Shown here in pieces: positions 1 to 13,338 of a stretch of DNA of 64,000 nucleotides (positions are counted from its first letter, which is position 1; every line of letters begins with the position of its first letter). Origin of the DNA: Octopus sinensis (Eukaryota); NCBI RefSeq assembly GCF_006345805.1, contig NC_043012.1:22816001-22880000 (forward strand), in the 5' to 3' direction. The notes beneath the pieces are model-generated. The model worked only from the letters and a program-made list of their open reading frames with translations. It ran no database searches and had not been told where the DNA came from. Both the position numbers and the translations under genes were made by a program.

Positions 1-163
1 ACAGTCTAATGGCTGAAACATGTAAAAGTAAAGACAAAAGTTATATTGTGTATATAATATATATATATATACATACATACATACATACATATATATACAT
101 ACATACATACATATATATATATATAGTATATATATATATATATATTATATATATATATATATA

Positions 164-280
164 TTATATATAGAGGGCATAATTATACATACATGCCAGG
201 AGGCATTATATATACCTGCCAAACGCAGGTATATATAATGCCTCCTGGCATGTATGTATAATTATGCCCTCTATATATAA
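164..280. repeat. Perfect inverted repeat (56-bp arms, 5-nt loop) next to a (TA)n tract
   Basis: 164-219 (ttatatatagagggcataattatacatacatgccaggaggcattatatatacctgc) is the exact reverse complement of 225-280; loop caaac. Confidence 0.95.
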
Positions 281-389
281 ATAATATGTTCAATAAGAAA
301 TAATTATTTCGAAATTTTTTCTCTTATGAGGTTTTTACGCTATCTACCTGACAATTTCTTGTTAAGTTTTCCTTATTAGTAGTTGTCCT

Positions 390-457
390 TAATTGCAAAA
401 TATATATATATATATACACACATACATATATATACATATATGTACATACATATATAC

Positions 458-496
<39 letters not shown>

Positions 497-538
497 CACA
501 CATACATACATATATATACATATATGTACATACATATG

Positions 539-571
<33 letters not shown>

Positions 572-632
572 ATATATACATACATACATACATACATACA
601 TACATACATACAAACACACACATATATATATA
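390..632. repeat. Compound (TA)n/(TACA)n microsatellite
   Basis: Direct reading; source of the Y/I/H/T-rich ORFs at 324-711. Confidence 0.95.
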
Positions 633-980
633 TCATCATCGTCACTTCGTCACTAGGTTGGATGGTTTGACTGAGAACTGACAAGCCAACTCTTGAAAGG
701 AACTGAGCCACTTTGCCTCAGCGAGGTCCAACACTTGAAAGGAACTCAACTAGTTTGCCTCCATGAGGCCCAATGCTTGAAAGATGTTCTTTACATACCA
801 CCAGCATGGATGCACTTGGTTTGATGGGTCCTCTCAAGCACACCACATCGCCAAAGGTCTCAGTCACTAACCTCTGCGAGGCTACATATGTATATATATA
901 TATATTTAGAGAAATTCAGGGTGAGTACTTGATAATAGTAAGCACCTGTATATAACGTTTGGTGGTGTAGGTGGTGGAGT

Positions 981-1098
981 AAATTAATCAAAATAAAAAC
1001 ATGATGCCAATGATTCAGCGGTACATTGTTATAAATCCGTCTAATAAAGGCCCGAAACATATGTACCGCTGAATCATTGGCATCATGTTTTTATTTTG

Positions 1099-1106
<8 letters not shown>
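981..1106. repeat. Perfect inverted repeat (46-bp arms, 34-nt spacer) abutting (TA)n
   Basis: 981-1026 aaattaatcaaaataaaaacatgatgccaatgattcagcggtacat is the reverse complement of 1061-1106; (TA)n follows from 1107. Confidence 0.95.
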
Positions 1107-1151
<45 letters not shown>

Positions 1152-1289
1152 TATATATATTATATATGTGTGTGTGTAGCACTACACCAACCAGACTATT
1201 GAATTTTGTTATACACCACTGGTCACAATGCACTTCCTTGCATTGTTTTAGCTTTCAAATGATTGTTGGGGAGGTGGACAAACTGACGT

Positions 1290-1460
1290 TCTCCACAGAA
1301 TGCAACACCAATCCATTGCAGGGTGACCCTCTTACAGCTGAGTGGACTGGGGCAATGTAAAATGAAGTGTTTCACTCAAGTGCACGTCACTGGCCTGGGA
1401 ATCAAAACCAACATCTTGTGATCATGAGTGTGATGCTCTAACCATTTGTCCATGCACCTA
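1290..1460 (-). mobile_element. Degenerate tRNA-derived SINE with CORE-like segment
   Basis: Shares cagctgagtggactgg.gcaa.g.aa..aagtgt.ttgctcaag with copies at 5012, 27065, 38350, 56150, 56745 and 61790. Confidence 0.65.
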
Positions 1461-2789
1461 CACACACGCACACACACACACAGATATTTACATACATAAG
1501 ATGAAACTGAGAGCTGCAGTGATACACTTTTGTAGTTATGCCTAATTGACCAGGGAAAGTGAAAGCTTGTTTTCTTATTCCCCAACAACCCTACAAATAT
1601 GAAAGGATACTGGAATCAACATAACTTGGTTGATGCAGAGTTAAATTTGTGGAGAGTGGCATTGCAAATATTTGAGCAACCTTTAGAATATAAAGTATAA
1701 ATGGATGTTAAGAATCCTACTCTGCAGCAAACTGAAATATTGCATTGAATAAAATTTATGACTGAAGTGTGTACTTGAAATATTCAATAATGATGGAAAA
1801 TTCAAAATCACATGTTGATAAAAATATATTAAAACTGGAATCTACAAAAATTTTCTAAACAGCCAAGCCTTTAATAATTACATTCTTTTAGTAAAAGTTA
1901 CATAATACCAACTAATTAATAGGCAACTCATTCCATTATGGTATAGAAGTTCCATTGTTAAGCAAGCGCAATACATTAAGAGAGGCAAGAAAACTTCATG
2001 TGATTTGCTCTAATCTGAGTTGATATATTGTCATAAGTTTGGTTTGCAACTGAAACTTAATTCTTTTGGGAGTAAATCTTTTGATTATGCTACCAATGCC
2101 TTCAAAAATGACATGGATGTCAAATTCTCATTTTAGTAGTTGTGATAAATCAAAGATATCTTCACCATAAGAGAAATCAAAATAACTGAAGGATATTTCA
2201 AACAATCTCTTGATGTAATGTAAAACACAAGAATATAGAATAAACGCTGATGAAATAACAACCATGTTTCAATACTCTATAGCAGTAATTTCCAACCTTT
2301 TTCTACCACAAATCTGTTTTATGCAAGACAATTTTCCCATGGACTGGGGGATCAAATGAATAACAAAATACAATCAAGAGTGCATTATAAGTAATTTAAT
2401 TATTCATATACAATGCAAATGTAATTACTATACCGTGCATCAATGCACTTTTATTTTTACTGTTATTACATTGTAATATATATATATAATGCAATTCAAG
2501 ACTTAAAAACTTGTTCTTTCTGTGCAACATGGTACCATGTGATCCATGATGTGATACTATTCTGAAACTCGGTACAGGTCTGCAAATCAGCTGTCTGGGG
2601 ATCCCTGTTCTGAAGTTTTGAATTTCAAAATCAACAAGGTTAATATTAGTTCCCATCCCCATCCAATCTACACAGACTGGAAGGAGGGGTTTGATAACAT
2701 TATCCCCTTCCTTTTCCAAATGGAGTAACCATGGAACTTTTGCATAGCAAAACACCTGCTCCTGTCCTAAAGCCACCTGTCTTGATACA

Positions 2790-3140
2790 ACTCCTCCTAC
2801 TTCAGTTGAAGGGTCATGTCTTGCAAGTTACATAGTAACCTCACTAGTACTAGTGCCATGTAAAAGGTACCCTGTACACTCTGTAAAGTGGTTGGCATTA
2901 AGAAGGGATGTCCAGTCAAAGAAACTATGCTATATGGAGCTTGTTGCAGTCCTTAGGCTTGTTAGCTCCTGTTGTACAATCCAACCCATACCAGCATGGA
3001 AAAGGACATTAAATGATAATGATGATGATGATAATTATGATGATGATGATAATTATGATGATGATGATAATTATGATGATGATGATAATTATGATGATGA
3101 TGATAATTATGATGATGATGATGATGATGATGATGATGTT
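2790..3140 (+). mobile_element. (GAT)n-tailed SINE 3' part; tail expanded into an 18-bp repeat (GATGATGATGATAATTAT)n
   Basis: ggttggcattaagaagggatgtccag...caacccataccagcatggaaaaggacattaaatgat matches the family at 16626 and 33665; about five 18-bp units at ~3022-3115. Confidence 0.8.
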
Positions 3141-4039
3141 TGGATATAATTGATCAAAAAGTAAGGCCATATCTGACATGTAACAATTGTGGGGAAACAC
3201 CAAACATTTGATCAGATAATTTTCATGTTTTGTATCTTGCAGATCAATCTAGCAAGCACCAATTTCTTGTATCAGAATTATATAGATCAGACTTTCTTCT
3301 CTGACATATCTGAACATCAGAAAACTTAATTAGTTCAAGCTAAAGGGCCACAAAACACAAAGTCTATTGATATTTTATTGCTTTATGACATTATTCTTAA
3401 GTTATAGCGCACAAAAAAAAAACACAAAAAAAAAAACAGAAGAGCAGAAACAAAAAGAGAAAAATAACAAACCAAAAAAAATACAAAAGAAAAATATCAC
3501 AAAAACAAAAAAGAAACAAAATACTGGCGAGATACGTTAGGGCAAGGGCATATATCTATGGGATAACTGGAATCAATAATCAATTTTAACCAATAATGTA
3601 GAACGATAAAAAGAAAAAATAATTCAATAAATATTTTTTACTTTAACATTTTGTTTTGCTTATAAAAGTTGAACAATCTGTATCTACATAAGAGCATTGT
3701 GTTAGCCTCATTGTAGAATGCTTCAATAAGCGCTTCCTCATCACAAGACCAAAATAAGGCAGAAAACAAATAAAAAAAAAACTAGGAAGATAAATGAAAA
3801 TAAATACGTCTAAACAGCTTTTTAGCATCATATTCCTTGCATACACACACACAAGCACACACGCATACATGAATGCATACGTATACAGTTATCTCTGTTT
3901 CTGGGGGGCCAGCGCCAAGCATAAAACATTTCTGTTTGACCGAATAGCAAAAATGTTAGTGTGCTGCCGTTTATTATCATTACCATTATTGTTACTGTTA
4001 TCATGGTTAATGCTATCACCATCACCACCATCATCATCA

Positions 4040-4070
<31 letters not shown>

Positions 4071-4701
4071 CATTATTATTATTATTTTCTAGAAAATTTT
4101 TCTATACACAGGTCAAAAACTTAGCTAGAAAAAAAAACAATCTATAACTTTGTTTACATGTTTCTTCATCAGTGACATATGGGCAAAGAAGGAATTATTA
4201 AGTGATGTGGGTCCCAATAAAAAAAAAACTAATAAAAACCCCCAAAAAACTAAGAAAATATATAAAAAAATTAAAAAGTATATTTAGCTAATACAGCTTA
4301 AAGAGAAAGCAACAGACCTTTAAATAATACAAGCATATCCCATTATTGGCAGTTAATAATTTTTTTTTGTTTGTTTTGTCTTCTGGGTGATGTAGTGGAA
4401 GTGAGCCATGTTAGAATTACCAAAGTCCATTCTCTATTGAGAGACAATTTTTTTTTTCATTTTCAGTGATGTCAAATGGTACCCTACCAAAATATATGTT
4501 TTAAATAGTTTTTATATAACAGTTTTTTTAAAGTTTTTTTTCTATACCAACCTTGGTTACATGTTTCAAATTCAGATATTTTCATGAATTATTCAAGCAA
4601 AATGCTTTAATGCTGGATGTCCTTTCTTACACCAACAATTCAACCATGAACTAGGATTGACACCCTTCAACGAGCATCGAAATTATTCGGACTATATAAT
4701 A

Positions 4702-4744
<43 letters not shown>

Positions 4745-5011
4745 AATATATATGCATGCATACACAAAGACATACATATGCACATATTTATAAATACCTG
4801 CATACACTATAAACATGCATGCATATGTATATGTGTATGTATGTAAGTATGCATTCATGTGTGTATGTATTTACGCATGCATGAATGCAGGTATGTATGT
4901 ATGAATGCATACATACATGCATATGTATGTATTTATCAATGTATTTATGTATGTATGTATATATGCATGCACATGTATGTATGTATGTATGTATGTTTGT
5001 ATTAGCAGAGA

Positions 5012-5270
5012 CATGTAGCTTAGTGGTTAGGCTATTGGACTCTTGATGGTAAGACTGTGGTTTCAATACCTGGACTGTGCAAAGTGTTGTGCTCTTGAGC
5101 AAGATACTTCATTTCATGTTGCTCCCATCCACTCAGCTGGCAAAAATGAGTCTCTCCATTTGATGGATCAGCATCCTGTCCAGGATGGAATGTATACACC
5201 AGAGAATTCAGGAAACTGGCCCTATGAGTCTATGATGATTCATAAGGGGCTTCATGCTTTATCCCTGTAA
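5012..5270 (+). mobile_element. tRNA-derived SINE with CORE-like segment
   Basis: A-box-like tagcttagtggttag, B-box-like ggtttcaatacc, then ttgagcaagatacttcatttcatgttgctcccatccactcagctggcaaaaatgagt; sister copy at 38350-38600. Confidence 0.75.
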
Positions 5271-5289
5271 GTATGCAAGCAGGTATATG

Positions 5290-5335
<46 letters not shown>

Positions 5336-5336
<1 letters not shown>

Positions 5337-5493
5337 GCATGGCTCTGTAGTTAAGAAGTCCACTTCCAGACCACCTCATTTATGGTTAACTTCCACTGTA
5401 TGGCATGCCTTGGACATGTGTCTTCTACTACAACCCCAGGCTGGCCAAAGCTTTGCAAGTGGATTTGGTAGACAGAAAAGGAAAGAAGCTCAT

Positions 5494-5535
<42 letters not shown>

Positions 5536-5770
5536 TCTTTGTCTTGAGATTGTGTGACAGTCGAATACTAACATCATTATTATTCAAGCAGTATTATTCA
5601 TTTCCAATTTTCTATGGAAGCATATCAAGCCATGGGGAAATATTATGTTGCTTGGAAACAGGTGAATGTTGGTGACAGGGAGGGCATCCATGCAAAGGAA
5701 TTCTGCCTCGATGTATACTGTCAGGTCCATGGAGGTATGAATAAGTGGACATCAAAACAATGATGATTCA
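5336..5770 (+). mobile_element. tRNA-headed SINE with internal (TG)n and (GAT)n tail (family C)
   Basis: Head similar to the 28104 family; 3' part ttggaaacaggtga..gttggtgacagg.agggcatcc...aagtggacatcaaaacaatgatgat shared with 24360, 38632, 53960 and 55485. Confidence 0.75.
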
Positions 5771-7074
5771 TACACACATCATCAGCGGCGGCAGCGTCAC
5801 CATCATTTAATGTCCAATTTCCATGTTGGCACCAGGCTCCAATTGTCGGTTGTGGCATCATTCCTATGGTTGGATGCCCTTCCTAATACAAACCACTCTA
5901 CAGACTGTACTGGTTGCTTTTCCACATGGCACCAGTGGGGTCACCAAATAGCTTGCAAAACAAAGACCTTTTAGTTGAGAGAACCAAGGGAAGTGGCTGT
6001 GTGTCCGATAAGAGGTTAGGGGATAACAGAGGGACCAAGAGAGTTGTTTTGCCATATAGGAGATACTTAGCTATTCCAGTAGGGGACACACACATATGTA
6101 CGTATACATAAACACATGCACTTAAATGCACACACAAAAGTACATAAACACACACATAGAAACACGCATACAGAATAACTTCAATTATTTCAAGAACATA
6201 TTCCTAGTTTCATTTTCGGATGCATAATTTCAGTTTCCCAAAACCTATTATATGACTCAAGTTTTAAAGCAACAATTTATTTAATACTGAGTTGAATTTA
6301 AAATATTGTATAATGTAGAGAACTTAAGAAGCAGTGCAACTTTTATAGATAAAAAAAAAAATGCAGACTTTGATAAAATTCACAAAAAATATAAAGATAC
6401 ACACACACCAAAATGTTTATGGTAATATAAGCACCTAAAAAAATTCTTAGATTGTAATATCACTTTTAGACACATTTTATGCATTTATAATGTTTATATA
6501 CATGTGGAGCAGCACTGACTATAATATTCTGTCTCAGAGAAATAGCTCAAAGAGACTTGTCTGTTAAAATCACAAGGTGCTGCTCAGGTTGCCAGTGGAT
6601 CACCAGACATAGTAGTTTCATCTAATCTCCTCAGAGACAAATTGCTGATTGACATGTTAAATATTATAAATCCTATATATCCCTAAAAGACTGGATGGTC
6701 ACATTTGGAATGACTTTAGTTATAGGCCTTGAATGATACTTGGAGGGTGGGTGGTAGTTAAACAATATTATTTCAACAGTTCAGGTGAGATAAAATATAT
6801 AGAGAGACACTGAAATATTTGGGACGGGTCTGTAATATTTAAGCTAGATATTTACAAACATATATGGACCTATGTATGGATATTATTATATATGGATATT
6901 ATTATATACGGATATATATACACACTTACAGACAAATATACAGATATTAACACATTTAAGAACAAAATGAAAAAAATGAAATAAAATAGACTTTTGCCAA
7001 TGCTCTCACATATTCATAAAATACACATTGACAAAACAAGCTATCGAAATCAGTAGAAATAAAGAATAAAATTC

Positions 7075-7104
7075 TAATTATATATATATCTATATGTATG
7101 TATG

Positions 7105-7148
<44 letters not shown>

Positions 7149-7393
7149 ATATACATATATACATATATATATATACATATATATATACACATATATACAT
7201 ATATATTATATATATATATATATTATATATATATACATATATATACATATATATATATACATATATATATACATATATTATATATACATATATAATATAT
7301 ATTATATATATATATATATATATACACAAACATATATATACATATATATACACACATATATATATACATACATATATACATACCTATACACAC

Positions 7394-7460
<67 letters not shown>
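7075..7460. repeat. Long compound (TA)n/(CA)n/(GA)n microsatellite
   Basis: Direct reading. Confidence 0.95.
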
Positions 7461-7463
<3 letters not shown>

Positions 7464-10003
7464 TAAATTTATATACATATATGTATGTAAACAATTCCAG
7501 AAATTTAGATGTGAGAAAGAGACACAGGTATAAGGCATTATTATTACATATATGAAAGAATACTATGTTTTTTTAATATTTTTTTAAATAAAAAAAAACA
7601 CCTTAAATATGTACACAACCCTTGCGCAAACTACACTTAAAAGTGAAACACTGAACTTCTGCAATAAATTTCAACTTGTATGTATTATTTTGAAATAAAC
7701 GAAAACTAATACAAGAAGTTGTAGAGATGATTCTATAAAAGTTCTTATATGTTTATACTCGTTGCAATCTAATTTTATGTTTACCTTGCTGCTCGTATAT
7801 ATGTATGTATAAATACATATGTATGTATGTGTGTATGTATGCATTTGTGTGTGTGTGTGTGTTTGTGTGTATGTGTGTGTGTGTGTGTGTGTATAGGTAA
7901 GATCAGGTATCAGATTCTTGGTATTTCTTTAGGTATATTTTATTTTATTTAAATATATTTTTTTGAATATAAATAATTGTTTATCAATATCAGAATTTTT
8001 ATTTATCAAAGTTTTGTTGTTTATCCCTTGAAAAGAAGATCCATTCAGACATATTTTAATACAGTACATCCATAACTATATCTGAAGATGTGGAAAGACA
8101 CTTAAATGCATATATGTGCACATAGAAGAGATATATAATATAAAGAAAGGAAAGGAAAAATGTGACATTTATATAGATATATAAATATTCTCTTAAATTC
8201 TTACAATTTTCTTTTTCTTTTTCTTTTTTTTTCCGAATCAGTTCTATATGTTATTCTGTTATTCCAAACATGCAGTTGTTCAAAAATATAAAAAAAAAAA
8301 AAAGAGAAAGTTCTTCACATCTTCCTGATATTTTCCAACAAAACTCCCACAATATCATGCATAAAAAGACAGAGGGGAAGAAGAAATATTTGTCCAGTGC
8401 ATAAAGTTTATGATTTTCTTCCCCTTTAATTATAGAGAAAAAAATATGAAAAATCAACATTTTTTCACTATTAATTACATGCAATGATGAAAGATATATT
8501 TTTTTCTATATTTTTATTTTTTATTTTATCCTCTATGCCAGTAGCAAATGTCTGAAGAAAACGGTGACAACACACATAAACACTCAGTAAAAAATACTCA
8601 TAAATTCATAAAGTAACTTGGCCTTCGTTTTATGGTAAGTCAAACTGAACTGAACACTGTCTTCTGCGAAGTTTGATGCTATCGTTTCTTTACTATTGTT
8701 GTTGTTGTTATTATCATTATTATTATTTAAAAACAAATGTATAGGTAAAATAAACATGAGATACAGTAGGTTGCAATACAGATTATATATAAAGAAATGA
8801 TATTGGCTTATCATATACAGAAAGAAAGAGGTACAGAGACAGAAATACGTACACGCATGCATATATACATATGACGGAACAAAAGCCAATAAAGAATGCA
8901 ATGATTTTTCCCAATTGAAGAATTAATATTGTCCATCGGTCAAAGAAATGAAGAAGATAAGTTCAAAAATCATTTTAGATATAAAATTTTTTTTCCTGGA
9001 AGTTTGAAAAAAAAGGAAATGGCTAAGATATAAAGAAAAAAAATCAACATCATAAAATAGCATTTGATTTTGTGTCAGAACTGTTAGCCTGCAATATATA
9101 TGTTTTAACATAGCTGTAGCCATTTGCATACAAGCATGTGTGCATGCATGAATATATACTATCAAAAGCATTACCTATCTACCTATATATATATATATAT
9201 ATGTATGTATTTTATACATTATATAAATGTATGTGAATATAAGTATGTTCACATATATGCTTTCCAGAGAGAGGAAAGAACACATTATGTATTATTGGTG
9301 ATACAGTTTTGAGTTCAAAACTTGCTGCAAACATTGTCGAGTGCTTTAAAAACTATTTATCTCTTTGACTATTGTTTGCAAAGTTGAAAATATCTACACC
9401 ACTTCAAAGTTTTACACTCATAAAAAAATATCTAACTTCACACAAGTCTACTTTTTAGAGGTGCAGGAATGAGAAAGGGAATGGAGGATTGGAGGGCAAC
9501 ATCTTCTACCTAGCCCTCAAATGTAGTTGTAAACAGCTGTAAAATTTCTTCTTGATTGTCATCCCTGAAAATTAAGGTGTTTTTGGTGAGGTGTTTTTGC
9601 TCCTTGGAACTGAGAACCTTACTACTACACAACTGGTGCTTTCCCATAGTAAAACAATTATGAAAACATGGGTACATGTATGCACACACATTCACACATA
9701 CACAAACATGTATGTGCATACACACACAGAGGTGTGTGTATACACATGAGCATATACAAAACCTCTGCATGGTTAGTTGACCTATTATAAGTAGCAGTTA
9801 AATCTCTCTCAAATCACTTCATCTTTAAATAAAGAATGTCTTAAACAATGTAATCGTAAAAACACTAAAGATGGAGGGATAATCCAGATTAGTGAATCTT
9901 TGAACATAAATCCACTTAAATAAGACTTGACCAGAGTTAAAAGTTAAAACATTATTTAAATTGCTTTTGAAGAAATTTAAAAAAAAAAAAATTCAATAAT
10001 TTT

Positions 10004-10382
10004 GGGTGTGGCTGTGTTGTTAGAAGATTGCTTCCTATCACATGGTTCTGGGTTCAGTCCCATTGTGTGGAACCTTGTGTAAGTGCCTCTTACTATAGCC
10101 CTGGGCCAACAAAAGCCTTGAGAGTAGATTTAGTAGACAGAAAGTGAAAGCAACCTATCAAATATATAACTCTGTCGTGTGTGTGTATGAGTTTGTGTTC
10201 CATCACTGCTTGGCAACCAGTGTCAGATTATTTACATCCATGTAACTTAGCGCTTTGGCAAAAAGAGTTCAACAGAAGAAGTACCAGGCTTATAAAAATA
10301 AGTAAATAAGCACTAGGCTTGATTTGTTTGACTAAAACCTTCTTGGCTGCAGTCCAATGAATGAAACAAGTAAAAGAATAAA
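10004..10382 (+). mobile_element. tRNA-derived SINE (family A)
   Basis: Colinear with 28104-28516 from ggctgtgt..taagaag to tgaaacaagtaaaagaataa. Confidence 0.85.
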
Positions 10383-10738
10383 TTACTGTGTGTTACGTCT
10401 ACCTTGGATTTGTATTCAATTATTTTTTGTTCCAATAAAATATCCTATAAAAACACTAGCTGAAAAAACTGCCCTTCAGCCAGTTTCCTACTACTTGCTG
10501 CTAAATTAGATTTAATTCTCAGCTTATGTAATTTCCTAGTAATTCACACCTTATTTTTCTTTGTATCCTTTATTTGTCTAATAATACTCATTCACTCAGA
10601 AGAAAAAAAAACAAAATAGGGCATAACAACAGAAGTGTGACTTCACTGACTTTGTTTCCTCATATCTTTCTCAAAGCTAATTACTAAGCAACTGTCCTTA
10701 TTATAGTATAGATTTAAACTGTTTTTTCTACCACAGTT

Positions 10739-11130
10739 CATCATCATCATCATCATCATCGTTTAATGTCCGCTTTCCATGCTAGCATGGGTTGGACGAT
10801 TTTGACTGAGGGCTGGCGAACCAGATGGCTGCACCAGGATCCAATCTTGATTTGGCAGAGTTGCTACAGCTGGATGCCCTTCCTAATGCCAACCACTCCA
10901 AGAGTGTAGTGGGTGCTTTTTACATGCCACCGGCACCAAGGCCAGTCAAGCGTTGCTGGCAACGACCTTGCCTGAATCCTTTTACACATGCCCCCGGCAC
11001 AAGTGCCAGTAAGGCGACTTTGGTAACGATCACGCTCAAATGGTGCCCTTTTATGTGCCACTGGCATGAAAGCCAGTTGGCAGCTCTGGCAACGATCATG
11101 CTTGGATGGTGCTCTTGGCACCCTACTAGT
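10739..11130 (-). mobile_element. (GAT)n-tailed SINE (family D) with internal ~60-bp tandem units
   Basis: (CAT)n then gtttaatgtccgctttccatgctagcatgggttggacg...ctggatgcccttcctaatgccaaccactcc, followed by repeated ggtgctttt.a.gtgccac.ggca units. Confidence 0.9.
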
Positions 11131-11802
11131 TCTAATGTAAAACAATATCTATTAAATGTCTTAAACAATTCTTAAAATTTAGAGATGAATTTCAAGGGAT
11201 TTATTAAACTAAATGATAAACAAGTAAAGTCAGCAACAGAATGAGATTTTGTATCTGAAAAGGTAATGATTGTAAGCTTTTTAAAGATTTGCTTTTGGAC
11301 TTACAGCAGTAGAAGCACAAAGTGTCTGAAGACTTTGTACCATTTCCCTACCAACTCTGAGTAGAGATTCCCATCTGCAGTAATAAGTCTTGTGACTGGA
11401 AGTGCTGATTCCCAGTACTGTTAGAATATATATTACAGGTATTGCAGTATGAGGGGCATTAAATTCTTTGCAGCAACTTAGTCATATTTTGCATGGGCTC
11501 AACAGCAACTAAAGATAGCCCTGCCCCTGTTCATTACCATCCTTTGAAGTACCATATTTGGCAGTTTGCCTACCGGGAATATGCGATATTTGCATTACTG
11601 TTTGTGATATAATAGCTACCTAATGATTACCTCAAATTTTTGAAATTTTCTAATTTTAAGAACATTTATCAATCACAAATAAAATAATGTTTTATGCATA
11701 ACTATATGTGTCTGTGTGTGTGTATAAATTTTTATATGAATATGTATAAATATATATATATATATATACATATATATATTTACATATATACATATATATA
11801 TT

Positions 11803-11851
<49 letters not shown>

Positions 11852-11897
11852 CATATATATATATATATGCATGTATGTATGTATGTATATATGTATG

Positions 11898-11935
<38 letters not shown>

Positions 11936-11953
11936 TGTATGTATGTATGTATG

Positions 11954-11987
<34 letters not shown>

Positions 11988-12414
11988 TGCATATATAAAT
12001 ATGTACATATCAACTAAAAACCAGCTTAATAGAGAATGTTAACAGTTTACCTGCATATTCTAAAGTCTTCAATTAACTAATTGCTTCATAATGAATCTCA
12101 CATATGTTGGAAATACTGCAAACGCATCCATTCTTGAAGTACTTAAAATACTTTAGAGAACCGTCTTCTACCTATTCACCATGTGTCCAACTAATTTCAT
12201 GCACAGTAAGATTCTCTAAAGACATTTTCAGAGAGTTAGTTCTAGTGGATACTGATAGTTCTTAATTTTAGTGAGAATGCTACTTTACACATGGAACAGA
12301 TATCTCTTCAAATATCTAAACATTGATAAGACGAGATGATATTAGTATAGAAGGCCATTAGTAAGATTCTGGGAATTTTATGTTCAATTAAACAGTAAAT
12401 GATATATATATACT

Positions 12415-13154
12415 CAGGCATGTTGTGGCTGTGTGGTAGGAAGTTTGCTTCCCGACTACATAGTTCTGGGTTCAGTTCCATTGTGTGGCACCTTGGATAA
12501 ATGTTTCCCACCATAGCCTAGGGCCAATGAAAGCCTTGTGAGTGAATTTGGTAGATGGAAACCAAAAGAAGACTGTTGTATGTATGTATGTATGTATGTA
12601 TGTATGTATGTATGAATGTATGCTTATGTATGTATGTTTATGTATGTATGTATGTATGTATGTATGTATGTATATGTGTATGTATGTATGTATGCGTCTT
12701 TATGTATGTGCTTGTCCCTCAACCTATTTCTTTACTACCCACAAGGGGCTAAACACAGAGAGGATAAACAAGGACAGACAAATGGATTAAGTCGATTATA
12801 TCGACCCCAGTGCGTGACTGGTACTTATTTAATCGACCCCGAAAGGATGAAAGGCAAAGTCGACCTCGGCGGAATTTGAACTCAGAACGTAGCGTTAGAC
12901 AAAATACCGCTAAGTATTTCGCCGGGCGTGTTAACGATTCTGCCAGCTCGCCGCCTTAACCACTTGTCCCTCAACCACTGTTTGACAACTGGTGTTGGTG
13001 TGTTTATGTCCGCGTAACTTAGCAGTTTAACAAAAGAGAATGATAGAATAAGTATTAGGAGTTGAATAGTTCAATTAAAACTCTTCAAGGCAGTGCTCCA
13101 GCATGTCCACAGTCATATGACTGAAACAAGGAAAAAGATAAAAAGATGAAAGAT
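12415..13154 (+). mobile_element. Family A SINE interrupted by a younger family B SINE
   Basis: Head at 12415, (TATG)n expansion, body resumes at 12963 and ends tgactgaaacaaggaaaaagataaaaag. Confidence 0.85.
12725..12962 (-). mobile_element. Apparently full-length, young tRNA-derived SINE (family B) with 14-bp target-site duplication
   Basis: Minus strand starts ggcggcgagctggcagaa (A box) and contains gagttcaaattcc (B box); cttgtccctcaacc occurs at 12711-12724 and 12963-12976. Confidence 0.92.
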
Positions 13155-13338
13155 ATATGCATGCGTGTGTTGTGTGTGCATTGTGTGAGTGTGTATGTGT
13201 GTGTGTGTGTGTGTGTGCATGTGTGTGTAAGCATAGCTATGTGGTACCTTGTGTAAGCATGTTCTTGGTTGACCAATGCCCTGTGAATATGTATACACAC
13301 ACACACATATGTATATATGTATGTGTGTACATATATAT

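Noticed and set aside
324-711. Y/I/H/T/V/C-rich ORFs here and at 7090-7555, 11694-12017, 22550-22912, 31148-31877, 34549-35281, 43984-45092 and 58835-59594
   Set aside because: Translations of (TA)n, (CA)n and (TACA)n microsatellites; open in several frames on both strands with no coding complexity.
2396-2776. 126-aa minus-strand ORF in unique sequence
   Set aside because: Non-ATG start, no recognisable motif, runs into AT-rich microsatellite sequence, no convincing splice sites.
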